Notes under the pieces: generated by a model
Databases searched by the model: none
What the model was told of the DNA's origin: nothing
What the model saw: the letters and a program-made list of their open reading frames with translations, nothing else
Translations under genes and position numbers: made by a program
In this document: one piece after another, positions 53,100 through 64,000 of the stretch
How the letters are laid out: every line of letters begins with the position of its first letter
How positions within the stretch are numbered: position 1 is the first letter of the stretch
Assembly: GCF_009834535.1 (NCBI RefSeq)
Contig: NC_045707.1
Location: 57,290,001 to 57,354,000 of the forward strand
Direction of reading: 5' to 3'
Length of the DNA: 64,000 nucleotides
Source: Camelus ferus
Taxonomy: Eukaryota

Positions 53100-53430
53100 C
53101 AAGTTAGATGAGGGGGGAAAAAGAACTCCATTAAATCACAGCTGAGTCTACCTAATGGTAATGAATTCGAGAATATGGCTTAGAGAACACTGAAAGTGAT
53201 TTTTGAGGAAAACTGTAGAAGAGCCGTAATTGGTGATGGACAAATATCTTGCCTTTCAAAAAAGTGTTAAAGATGTTTTGGGAAACTATAGACCAATCTA
53301 CTTGTTATTGCCTCCTGAGGGAAAAAATCTAAGGCATATTCATAGAAGAATGTGATACTGGCGTTTTAAAAAAGAAAGTAGTGATCCCACAGAGCCTACA
53401 CGGGGTCTCTAAGAATAGGTCTTCTTGAAT
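53100..53430 (+). mobile_element. Ancient CR1/L3 LINE fragment
   Basis: 'cctttcaaaaaa...ggaaactatagaccaatctacttg' reads PFKK...GNYRPI.L with a frameshift, matching the CR1 RT motif PIFKKG...GNYRPVSL. Confidence 0.6.
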
Positions 53431-53539
53431 TCAGGCATGCGCCATAGCCTTACTACGAACTCAAACCATTGCAGCTGTCACAGAAGCCTTGTGGAAACTG
53501 TGAGGTATGTGACTCTTGGATTTCTAGTAGTCCTGGGCT

Positions 53540-53800
53540 GAGACAGGGGTGGCTTAGCACGGAACTTAAAACGTGCACCCCAGAGCCAGCCCGCCTGGGT
53601 TTGAACCCTAGCTTTTCTGCTTACTAGCTCTGCAAATTCTAGTGTGACTAGGATGGTTTTGAATCTCAGCTTTCTTGTCTGTAAAATGGGAAATGATAAA
53701 AATAGCACTGACCTCATAGCATATTGACTTTAAACGAGTTAATATGTAGGAAGTACTTAGAACAGGCTTGGCACCTACCTAGTCACCACTCAATATTGAT
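53540..53800 (+). mobile_element. MIR SINE
   Basis: 'gcctgggtttgaaccctagc...ctcagctttcttgtctgtaaaatgggaaatgataaaaatagcactgacctcatag'. Confidence 0.85.
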
Positions 53801-53824
53801 GATTACTTCTTCCCCCAGTCCTGG

Positions 53825-54047
53825 AAGTCAGGGAAGTTGCCCTTGGATATCTACAAGGGATTGGTTCCAGGACCTCTTGCGGATACCAAAATCCCAGGAT
53901 GCTCAAGTCCCTTACAGAAAAAGGTGTAGTACAGTCAGTCATCTGTATAATATCCTTGGGTTCCACATTCTCGGATTCAACAACCATCCATCCCCAGTTG
54001 GCTGAATCTGTGGATGTGGAATTGATGGCTACAGAGGGCCAGCTGTA
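53825..54047. mobile_element. MER2-family (Tigger) MITE
   Basis: 'gggattggttccaggacctc...ggataccaaaatcccaggatgctcaagtccctta...gttggctgaatctgtggatgtggaa...acagagggccagctgta'. Confidence 0.85.
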
Positions 54048-56802
54048 TCCCGACCCTCCTGCCAGGGGGCAGGGACCCGAGATGTTTGTTGCATTCAAAC
54101 TATATTAAGAGGTCACGACCAGTGTTTATTTTGGTATTCTGTAGAAGCAGGAAGTAGTTGGAGATGAGATGCCTGGAGGTCAAAACAAAAAGTTTCCTGT
54201 ATAAACATCTAATTTGCCAGCTCACTCTTTTCCCAAGTCACTCCTTTCTTGATGCTTCTATAACGTTCCCCTCCACCCCATAATTGTACTAGATTGCTTA
54301 AAACACAATACAGATTTTTTTCTTTTTATTTATATTGACCTTTGTGTACCCATTGCCTACCACAGCGTCTGAAAGATAAGTGCTCAAATGTGTGCTGAAT
54401 ATATTAGTGGTTTTTTTCTTCAAATACTGCTTCGGGGGCAAAACTAGGTATGTCACAAAGGATACAAGATGACAGATTTTTTATTCAAGAAAAAATTCTC
54501 TACATGTATTCTGCTCAAAATTAGAAGGGGTGCCTTCCGGGAATTCCGGAACATCCCATTACCGAGTACTGGAAATGTACGGGCAAAACTTGAATGACAA
54601 ATTGGAAAAGCTGTTACAGATGGACTTGAAGATTCAGTCATTGTTAAAGACAGGGACTGGAGTCTGTGTAGATTTCAGCGGTTTTGTTTGATTCTATTTA
54701 TATGCATTAATCAAAAGTGTACCAAACAGTTGCCTGGGGAGAATGTAACCAAGAGTGTGACTTTTTGACTCCTGTTTAGTGCTGTTTAATTGTGAAGCAT
54801 CATATGATGCACAGAGAGGCATACACCTGCCAGTCAGGGGTGTTAGCACCGGGTGTAGAAATCTGGGTTCAAATCTTACCTATGCCTGCCTCTTCCTTAG
54901 CTCTGTAACCTTGGCCTCTTAATAATCCCCTCTCTGTTCTTTGCTTTTCACCTATAACATTGAAAATATTCATAGTATCTACCTCTTGAGTTGTCTGTAA
55001 AAATCAACTGAGCAAATGTACATAAGCCTATGAACACTGAACAGGTCCGCAGGCAGTACTCAGTACTGAATATTCTCCACCTCTTCTCCCCAGGGCATGT
55101 TTTCCCCAGTGCAATAAACGAAAAGCGCACAAGCTTCAGATTTAGACAGATATGGATCTGAATTGCAATTCTGCCACTTACTATCTGTGGAAGCTTAGAA
55201 TGCTGTTTACTCTCTCCACGGTCTATTTCTTTCATTCTTAATATAGGAATAATGATGCCCACTTTGTGTGGTGATACAGTCCTTTGGCTCCTCCTTCACT
55301 TTGCCACTCAAGGGAGAGTGGATGGGAGTCACCAAGTGCCAGGTGCCAAGCCGAGGGCTAGGGGTGGAGCGTGCAGATCACTTATGACATCGTAGTCTGA
55401 GTATTACAACAGCTCGCATGTATTAAGCATTTACTACGTGCCAGGCATTGTGCTTTTCATGTTTCATTTCAATTAGTCCTGACGGCAGACCTTTGAGGCA
55501 GATGCTATTCGTGTTTTGAAGATGTGGGAACTGAGGCAGAAAGAGGCTAAATAAAGGGACTGGAGCTCTGGCTGGTTGACATTCGAGGCCTTGAGCTTAA
55601 TGACTGTGCTGCACTGCGGAGAGCAAGAGCATGGGTCTGTAGCAAGCCTTGAGGAACTTGGACTTGTAAGGGATGGCAGACACAGAGGTGCTTGCAAAGG
55701 CTTCAAAGAACAGGCAGATAGGTAGGAGGCACCACTAGGAGAGTATGTTGCCTGGAAAGAAGAGAAAGAACTTTATCCAATGCTTATAAAAGGGATGTAT
55801 ACTGATACTGGTAGAGACTAATTTAAGTGATGTGTTTTAAAAGTCTAGCACAATTATTTGAAAAGAGCAGGTGTTTAATAAATGGTTGTGCTTATGATGA
55901 ATCACGGTTATTTCTTAGTACGAAAGATCAAAATACACATATATTGAATTATAAGGAAGTACTAGCAATATTCTGTTCCTTCTTCCCATGCTGTACCAGT
56001 GAACCAAGAGATAATGACTGTGACATTCGGATCCCTCTCAGTGATCTTCACATGCAGATAAAACTTCTTCATAAACCTGGAATTTTGACAGGCTCACAGG
56101 AGGGAGTTGAGAATGTGATAATAGTGCCCCAAGTCCCTTTCCCTGCAGCCTTTGCCGTTAAGTGGGACAAGTGAGAGGGATTTTGGCCTATGGCAGAACC
56201 TGAGTTTCAGGAACAAAGAGAAAATTGTGATTTCTTTTCCTCCTTCAAGATTGGCTCTATATGTCCCGAAGGGCAAAACACACCGTGCTTACCCATGATC
56301 ATTAAATAAATGCCTTGAGGTTTTAGTGTGTGTTTCAGTAGCCCAAGCAATGCGTATTTGTCTAGCTTTCAACGTGCGAGAGATGGTCCACCTAAGTAAA
56401 CCTTACAGATAACTGAAAATGACTGCTTTGGGCCAAAATTATTCATTTTTAACCATTTTTTAACCAGAAAATAAAGGATCCATTTCCTTTCCTTCTTTGG
56501 TCCAGCATACGTTCTGTAGAAAATGGGGGTTTTGTAAGTGAATAGTGGAAGATAAAATGAGTAAGGTAGTTACTAAAGGCATGATGCGGTATTTATTTGG
56601 GTGGCTCAGAGGGAAATTCTTCATCGCTCCAGCTTCTCAGATCTGTTGTAGTTAGTTAAAGTTGGCAGATACACACCTCTGGATGAATAAGGCATTCTGG
56701 ATCACGTTGGACACTCATTTCTTCTGATGTCACACATTATCCAAGCATTGATAGCTTGGCATTCAAATGACAACTTCCAATAGCAAAGTATTAAGACTTT
56801 GC

Positions 56803-57172
56803 ATGCTATGAACTGCATGTGTGTGTCTCTCCTTCCCTCATTCACACCGTGAAGCCCTGGCCCCCAGTGTGATAGTGTTTGGAGGTGGGGCCTTTGGGAA
56901 GTAGTCGGGTTTAGATGATGTCATTGAGAGTGGGGGTCACGATGGGATTAGTGTCCTCATAAGAGAGACCAGCGCTCTCTCTTTCTCTCTCTCTCTCTGC
57001 CATGTGAATGCACATCCGGAAGGCAGAAGACTGTCAGCCAGGAAGGCACTCTTACCAGAAACTGAGCCTGCTGGCACCTTGATCTTGAACTTCCCAGCCT
57101 CCAGAACTGTGAGAAAAAAACATCTGTTTTTTAAGCCAGGGCATTCTGTTATAGCAGTTTGAGCTAAGACAG
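56803..57172 (+). mobile_element. MLT1A-like MaLR solo LTR
   Basis: 'tgctatgaactg...tttggaggtggggcctttgggaagtag...gatgggattagtgtcctcataagagagac...ctggcaccttgatcttgaacttcccagcctccagaactgtgaga...gctaagaca', with TG...CA ends. Confidence 0.9.
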
Positions 57173-57769
57173 TATAGCAGTCACCATATGATCTTGGCCT
57201 CAGTGATCCTGAGTAGTTGAGCAAATTAGCTACTGGCAGGATTAGTTGTACACAGATACACATTGAGGTATCCCCAATTTCCTGCTTAGTTTCATTCCCC
57301 CAACCACACCCCCTGCCCGTGGGTTTAAAAATCTCTGTATGAACACATTTTCAAAACTGCTTCTCTTGAATTGCGCTCCATTATTTTCAAATGCATTTAA
57401 TTATTTAAATATATTTAATTATATTTGTCTTAGAAGTTTCTCCTGGATATTTTTCAAGATGAGATTTTTTATTTGTAAATTGTACATTTTCCAAAGGTAA
57501 AGGAGCTGTAACTAATCAACTGCCATCTATTCAAACAATACTTTCCTGACCTAGTATTGACGTAGGCCTCTGCTTATTTTGCTGTAAGTCTTTCTTTCAT
57601 TGTTTGTAGTGGGGGAGGAGGGCTGGGGTTGATAGTGTGTACCTTTAACTGGTCACAGTCTTCCTTCAAACAATACATTTACACTTGCTTCCTCCTGCTT
57701 GTCATGCTATTACTGTATCTATGCTATAAACCCATCATCCCTGCTGCTAATTGTGCTTCTAACCACGGC

Positions 57770-58075
57770 TCACAAGGTAAAGCCCCCAAACCAAATCTGG
57801 CCTGTAAGCTAAGAATGTTTTTTTACATTATTTTAAATGATCAGTAAACTCATCAAATATTTTGTGACACATGGAAATTGTATTAAATTCAAATTTCCGT
57901 GTTTAAAAGTAAAGTTTTATTGGAACACAGCCATGCTCATCCATTTAAACATTGTCTGTGGCTGCATTTTCGGGCTACAATGGCAGAGTTGAGTAATTGC
58001 AACAGAGATCATTTGGTCTATGAAGCTTTAACTATTTACTTGCAGACTCCTTACAGGAAATGCTTGCCAACCTCT
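57770..58075. mobile_element. MER58B-like hAT-Charlie element
   Basis: 'aaagttttattggaacacagccatgctcatccattta...tggctgcattt...acaatggcagagttgagtaattgcaacagaga'. Confidence 0.8.
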
Positions 58076-61041
58076 GCTTTTAGAGCATTAAAAAAAATGG
58101 AAAAGAGAAAACGTCTTTCGTATTTACATTCAGTGGAACCATTTGAGTCGCTCGGCCCTCAGCCTGTCTTCCCTGTGCACTGGTGCCCTAGATGGTTCTT
58201 GATCTCTACTCTTTACCATCCCCCGGGAGTAGAGCACTGTTGCTTGTTTCTTGGTACCTACTTGCCCGGGGTACCGGACAAAGGAGCTTCTCTGTTGTCC
58301 TGGCCCAGCCTAGGTCTCGGAAAGACCCTGTGCCGGGAGCTTTCTCAGTGATCCGGCCTCTCCTTGGTCAACCAGACTAAACTCTGCCTTGGTCGTTGGA
58401 GGGTCTTGTGTGGAAGAGCTCCCTGCCCGTCCCCCGGTGGTAAGAGACCTCTAACAGTATTGGTATAGGATCTTGGAACTGGGACTGTTTCCTGCCTCCC
58501 TGCCCCTCTCCCTTGGGGTACAGGGCTTTTGCTTTTATCCGTCTCCCAGTTGAGTGGGTCTTCAACTCTCCTCTGAACTCTGATCCATTCTTTCTCATGA
58601 GCTCCCAGTAAATGTCTGTGAAAAAGAGATTGTGAGTTTTTGCTACTCCCAGAGGTTTTATATTCTCGTGCTAGCTCACATTTGGACTTTTATCAAACAT
58701 TGACATTAACTGTTTCAGTTAAACATTTTAGCTGAATTCTCCTAACCCACTTGTATTGTACCCAGTGTCTCTTTGGCCCATGCTCGGCCACAGATAAGGG
58801 ACCCTTGCTGTAAGTGGGCCTGGCTCACTGCCCTTCTCTGCTTGGATGGGTTTCTCTATCCATTACTATTACTGTTTTGCAAAGTTAACTCATCCTATGT
58901 GAGCTATAATTCACACTAACCTAATTGAGTAAGAAATTGTCCTCCCAGTTGGGAAGACAGACTTTGAAAGCATTTTTGCAGCCTGGTTAATTTTTGGCAT
59001 TTATTTGCACATCTGAGCAACTATTTGGTTAGGCAGACTGTCTTTATGCTGTTGCTCATACTTCAAATTAAAATCCAATTTAGAGACTAAATTTGAGTGA
59101 ATCTGTAATCTGTCAGACTGAGCTAACATAGAACCTCTCCCATTACAAACATCAAAATGTGCCAGGTAAAATCTAACAATTAAAAAACTGTCTGTATCTT
59201 AGATTGCACATGAAATAGCATAATCCACGTTGCCAGGTGCCAGGAATGAAAGAGGAAGTAGAGGCTGGAATGGCAGTGATAGTGAGCTGACATCTTGGTA
59301 GATGTGGACTGAGGCAGATGACAGGGATGCCAAGTGGTCCCAGACTTAGAAGGAGGCCCTATGGCTGTGGGCAAAGCAGGAACTGGGGGTGACGTGTTAG
59401 ATCTTCACTATATGCATACTCTAAACCTCATTACTTAGCTTAGAGTCTGAATATATACCACAGAGTTGGTTCAGGGAACTTTCAAGAAACTTGCATAAAA
59501 TGCGTCCTAGCCTGGGACAGGCTAGAGGAACTAAAACGAAAGCATCCAGCTACACTGGTTTCTTATAGAACAAATCATCCCTGCCAAAGGTGAGCTCACC
59601 ATTAAACGGTAGAAACTAATGAGAAGGAGAGAGAACGTTGAAGTGAGTCAGTGCTGACAACAAACCAGTGGGTGAGTGAGCCCTGTGTTTTGGGCGGAGG
59701 GAACAGAAATTCAGAGAGAAGGTAGTTTCAGTAGAAGAAAAACCAAAAGATCTTGATATAGAAGAAATCAGAAAGAGATGAGAAAATAAGCATATTTATA
59801 ATGATTTTAAAATGCACTTTAAAAATAGAAACTATAAGGAAAGAACATGACACTGAAAAATAATAGGTAAATTTGAAAAAGATTTTTGAAAAATATGAAA
59901 AAAATGCTAAAAGAAGATTTTTAAAAGTCAAATGACATTAAATTCTGTTAAAGTTTTGAAAACTTGAAAACTTCTCTTTATAAGACCATTTTTAGGTATT
60001 GACATATAGAAAAAAATTAGCACCATCTTCATGTTATCTGATGCTGTAGGCTTTTATTAGAGATGACTGTGGAAACTGAAAGGAAGCTATTGTTGTTTAA
60101 GTATTAATACAGCCAGGAACTGGGGGTGAGGCTTATGTTTGGTTTCGATTTTCTGCGATATTAATCTGATCATGTCACTCCTTGAATTATACTCCTCAGT
60201 GATTTCATTTTCTAACATTCCTTAAAATATCTCCATATTTTCTTAATTTTATTAACTGATCATATGCTAAAAATTATTTCTGAATAGTCTTTCCCCTTTC
60301 CCCGCTTATGTCCCAAATCCCTAGAACACAGCCTGGTACACTTCAGGTATTTAATTAAAAAAACTGTTGAGTGAACAGATAAACTTGGGGTCTTGGCAGT
60401 GTTGTCCTCTTTGTGGCAAAGCTCTTCCCTTCTTTTTCCTCCCTTTTCCTGGCAAATTCCTACTTGTCTTCTTAGCATTTAGGTTTCAGATTCCTCAAGA
60501 AATCTTTTCTTGTTCGCTGAGCCTAGTTTAGATCCCTTGGTTTTATGTTTCCATAGCACTTAACAATGCCCTTTTGTAAATTCACTCAATTATTCACTCA
60601 ACCAATATTTGCTGAGTGCCTACTATGCCCAACTGCACTTCTAGACCCTGGGGATACAGTAGTGAACACAATAGACATAATTTCAACTCTTGTGAAGCGT
60701 ATATTCTTGTGGGATAGGGGTGGACGGCAGACAAAGCCTACACAAGTAAGTACCTAGTACTTCCTATGACGAGAAGTGACGAGAAGAAACATGAAGACTG
60801 GTTAGAGGGAAGAGATGGACAGGCAGAGTAGGGGGTGGGGCTGTCTTATACAGGGGACCAGGGAAGTCCTCCTGCATTAGATGTAAGTAAATTAGGAGTT
60901 TTCTCTGAGGATAATAGGGGAAAAGCCCAGAGTGGACAGCAAGGTTAAACGCCTTGAGGCAGTAATGTTCTGAAAGTCTTGTAGAAACAGCAATGAGCCC
61001 CGTGTGAACAAGGGAAAGGGTAGAAAGAGACGAAGATAGGC

Positions 61042-61644
61042 TTTTTTTTTTTTTTTTTTTTTTGGACAGGTGATTTCGCTTTAGGCGTTACAGTTCCCAT
61101 TGGGACGGGCAGGACCGAGCGGGGAGGCACTAGCTGTGGGTTCTGGCTGGATCGGCCCGGAACGCCGGGTGCTGCAGGTGCATCCCCGGGAGGGGCCGCG
61201 AGGTGGCGCCAGTCTGCACAGGACGCCCGAGCGTGTGGGGCCGGAAGTTGGGAGTTGGGCGTCAAGGCGCTTCCACGGGACGCCAGGCCCAGCCCTCCCC
61301 AGGGCTGGCGGGCTCAGGAGCCCCTTCCCTCGAGCCGCAGAGGGGTTTGGGTCGGAGCCCGGGGCCTTTCCTTGTGGTGCCCATCTGTTGCAGGGGGACT
61401 GGGTGCAGCGCAGCCACCGGGGCAGAGGTCCACGCCCAGCTCCTTTCCGAGCCCCTTGGGGCGGTCGGGGCAGGGGGGGGCCCAAGCAGCCCGGTCACTA
61501 CACCGAAGCTGTAAGGAATCCGCCGCCGGGCCCTGTGCCAGCGGCTGCCCAGGGCCACTTCGCCGCCTCCAGGAGGACAGCGACGTGGACGGTTTCGGGG
61601 AGCCCAGCCGAGCACTCGAGGTAGGCCCCTGCGCCCCCGGACTG
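61042..61644 (-). pseudogene. RHOD: 5'-truncated processed pseudogene of RHOD (C-terminal coding remnant ~61490-61641, 3' UTR, poly(A))
   Basis: Minus strand reads SGGAGAYLECSAGLPETVHVAVLLEA /frameshift/ EVALGSRWHRARRRIPYSFGVVT, versus recalled human RHOD SVGAVAYLECSARLHDNVHAVFQEAAEVALSSRGRNFWRRITQGFCVVT*. About 430 nt of GC-rich UTR-like sequence follows, then a 22-nt A tail (T run 61042-61063). Confidence 0.85.
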
Positions 61645-62489
61645 GATGAGGCTGAGGCTTGCTATTTTGAGGCCTTTGGCTTTGACTCTAAGATACTAAA
61701 GCCGCAGGAAGAATGGTTTTTCGTTGGAAGGGGCTCTCTGCTATGTTGATGGTAGGAGTAAATGTTCTATAGGGAAATTAGTCATTAAAACAATCTGGGT
61801 CAGAGATGACGGTGGTTGGGATCCGGCTGGTAACAGAAACCGTCGTGGTAAGTGGTCAAATTCTGGACACGTTTGGAAGGCTTAGCCAGCAGGATTGGAT
61901 GAAACACTGAATATAAGGTGTAGGAGAAACAAAGCCGTCGCTGGTGAGTCAGGTGTTTGGCCTGAGACTCTAGAAAGATGAAGTTTCACCTGAGGTGGGA
62001 AAGACTCTCTAAAAGGGAAGGCGGGAGGGGTCGTGTCCAGGAGGAATATAGATTTTGGACATGTTGAGATATCTACTAGACACTCAAATGAAGAGTTTGA
62101 GTTGGCAGCTGTATATAAAATTCTGGAGCTCAAGGGAAAGGCCAGGATTGAGATAAAATATGGGAATTACTAACGTATAGGTGGTATTTAAAGCCCAGCT
62201 GGAGGATGGAAAGATGTGATGTTTGATGACTCAGCTTTGGGTAATTCCAACATTTAAAGGTTGAGAAGATGAGGAAGCACCAGCCAGGGAGGGAAGACAA
62301 GAGAGTGGTGATCAGAGGCCAAGTAAACGAAATCTTTTAAGACGCTAGGAAGGATTATCTGTGTGAAATGGTAACAGGTGGGGAAAGACGTTGTCTGGAA
62401 ATTGACCATTGTGATTAGCAGTGTGAAGGTCATTGATGGTCCTGACGGTTTTTTATAATAGTAGCTAAAAGCTTTATTGGTGTAGTCTC

Positions 62490-62720
62490 AAGGGAGGATG
62501 ATAAACTGGGAGTTCGAAATTTGCAAATATTAACTACTATGTATAAAATAAAAAACAAAATTTCTTCCGTATAGCATAGGAAATTATATTCACTATCTTG
62601 TAGTAACCTATAATGAAAAAGAATATGAAAACAAATACATGCATGTATATGTATGACTGAAACATACTGTACAGCAGAAATTGACACATTGTAACGGACT
62701 AGACTTCAATTAAAAAAATA
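62490..62720 (+). mobile_element. L1 3' end (camelid-like)
   Basis: 'gggagttcgaaatttgcaaatattaactacta...tcttgtagtaacctataatgaaaaagaatatg...gtatgactgaaacat...gaaattgacacattgtaac...cttcaattaaaaaaa'. Confidence 0.8.
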
Positions 62721-64000
62721 AGAAAAACAGAGAGTGAGAACAGGTATTTTAGGGACATTATGAACAGCATTTTGAAGAACTTTGCTTTCAAAGGGAGCAG
62801 AATAGCATAGTAGCTGGAGGGAGAGGGAGATGTAATACTCAGCATGCTTGAGACTCCTGTGTCTGTAAGAATGATAGAACTACAGTGTCATAACAAACGT
62901 GCTCAGCTTGTTGACTGCTTTTTGCCTAGTACCAATGCTTGACCCAAAGCAGATGCACCATTAGATATTTCTGGAACAATAAGTACCATTTGAGTTAAAA
63001 TAATAACCTATAATTTTTTAATGTTTAGAAATATTTCAATAGATGTTGCTTTTTGTTTTAATTGGACAAGAACAAATGAAGTGATCACAGATAATAGGAT
63101 CATTTCACATCCACACACCAATTTCCCATCTGGCTCAATTACGCTGAGCACCACATACCACCTTTATTTCAAGAAAACCATGCAATAATGACAAATCAGT
63201 TTGCTAAAAAAGAAGCTTCAGTGCAGGTAGCTTTCATTATCTACAGCAGAGTTTTTCAGATTGTGGAGAGAAGAAAGTAAATGTATTTCTCGTTAGCAGA
63301 GTAGACTTTAAGTTTGGAAAGCATCAGGAAACGATTAAGTATTTAAAAAGATGTGCAGAGTACCAGAGTTTTGTGTGAAAGGTTGACTCATTGCTAAGTG
63401 GTGGAACACATTTATTTGGTTTGAGGATGAGTGATTGTAGTACCGTAGAACTTAGGCTTGACATCTGGTGAACTACAGAGATGAGTGAAATCATGAAAAG
63501 ATAAGATTAAACATGCAGGTTGCAGATAGACAGAGGTGATTAGCTTTGATGGGTAATCGAGAGTGAGTATTTTGAGCAGCGAAGTGAAATCACCTGAACT
63601 GTATATTTATTGACTAATATGAAGTTGGCTGCCGGATTGAATGCATGGGGAAGACGAGTGTTTTACAGATACAACTGTGGGAGATTTTATTGGATGCTCC
63701 TTGAAAAAGTTTCGATGGTAAAATGAATTAGGAAATACTGGGTTTCCCAAACATCAGGTTAAGAAAAAAACTGTAAGATGTTTCTTTAGCCTGTGATATA
63801 TGTTGTGAATCTCCAAGTTGTATGGAATATGCAGATCAGTGGAACTCTTTGTTTCAGGAACCCTATTCTTTTGAAACAGTTTGACAGCTTTAAACTGTAT
63901 TATCATTGTAATCTGGATGACCTAACCTGAATTTGAGGAGGAGTTACGGGAATGGAAAGGAAGGAAGAGATAATAAAGAGCATGCCTTATTGACTAATAG

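Larger units (their letters stand above)
60570..62780. mobile_element. L2 LINE, interrupted by the RHOD retrocopy and an L1 tail
   Basis: 'tattcactcaaccaatatttgctgagtgcctactatg' at the start. 'gattttggacatgttgagatatctactagacactcaaatgaagag...gagttggcagctgtatata' lies further in. Confidence 0.8.
45419..64000 (+). other. LIN7A: LIN7A intron 1 (partial, runs past the window end)
   Basis: Starts at the gtaagg donor. I saw no exon encoding VARAIELLEKLQ downstream. Confidence 0.85.

Noticed and set aside
57899..58351. 150-aa plus-strand ORF
   Set aside because: The N-terminal half is MER58 sequence and no protein family is recognisable.
60945..61749. Several 100-174 aa ORFs over the second GC-rich block
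   Set aside because: These are shadows of the RHOD retrocopy. The RHOD-like frame is truncated, frameshifted and lacks the CAAX cysteine.
1..64000. CRISPR array, prokaryotic defence or other novel multi-gene system, rRNA/tRNA genes
   Set aside because: I saw no repeat-spacer array, operon-like ORF packing or structural RNA gene; the window is ordinary mammalian intergenic/intronic DNA.

Overview
This is mammalian genomic DNA. It is AT-rich and repeat-dense (MIR, L2, old L1, MaLR/ERVL LTRs, MER/Tigger DNA transposons). Short young L1 3' tails resemble camelid L1s as I recall them, so the species is probably a camel or alpaca (inference). The only supported protein-coding exon is LIN7A coding exon 1 (+ strand, 45337-45418, MLKPSVTSAPTADMATLTVVQPLTLDR|gtaagg), which sits in a CpG island. 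About 45 kb of upstream non-coding DNA precedes it, and the rest of the window is LIN7A intron 1; I did not find exon 2. Intron 1 holds two notable items. One is a diverged, syntenic counterpart of the human MIR618 hairpin (~47276-47375). The other is a 5'-truncated, antisense RHOD processed pseudogene with a poly(A) tail (~61042-61644), inserted into an L2 and showing an odd substitution pattern. The other ORFs in the track look like chance ORFs, repeats or GC-rich shadows. I found no CRISPR, rRNA, tRNA or convincingly new multi-gene system. Repeat names and human comparisons come from recalled sequences, not from a database search, and repeat boundaries are approximate.
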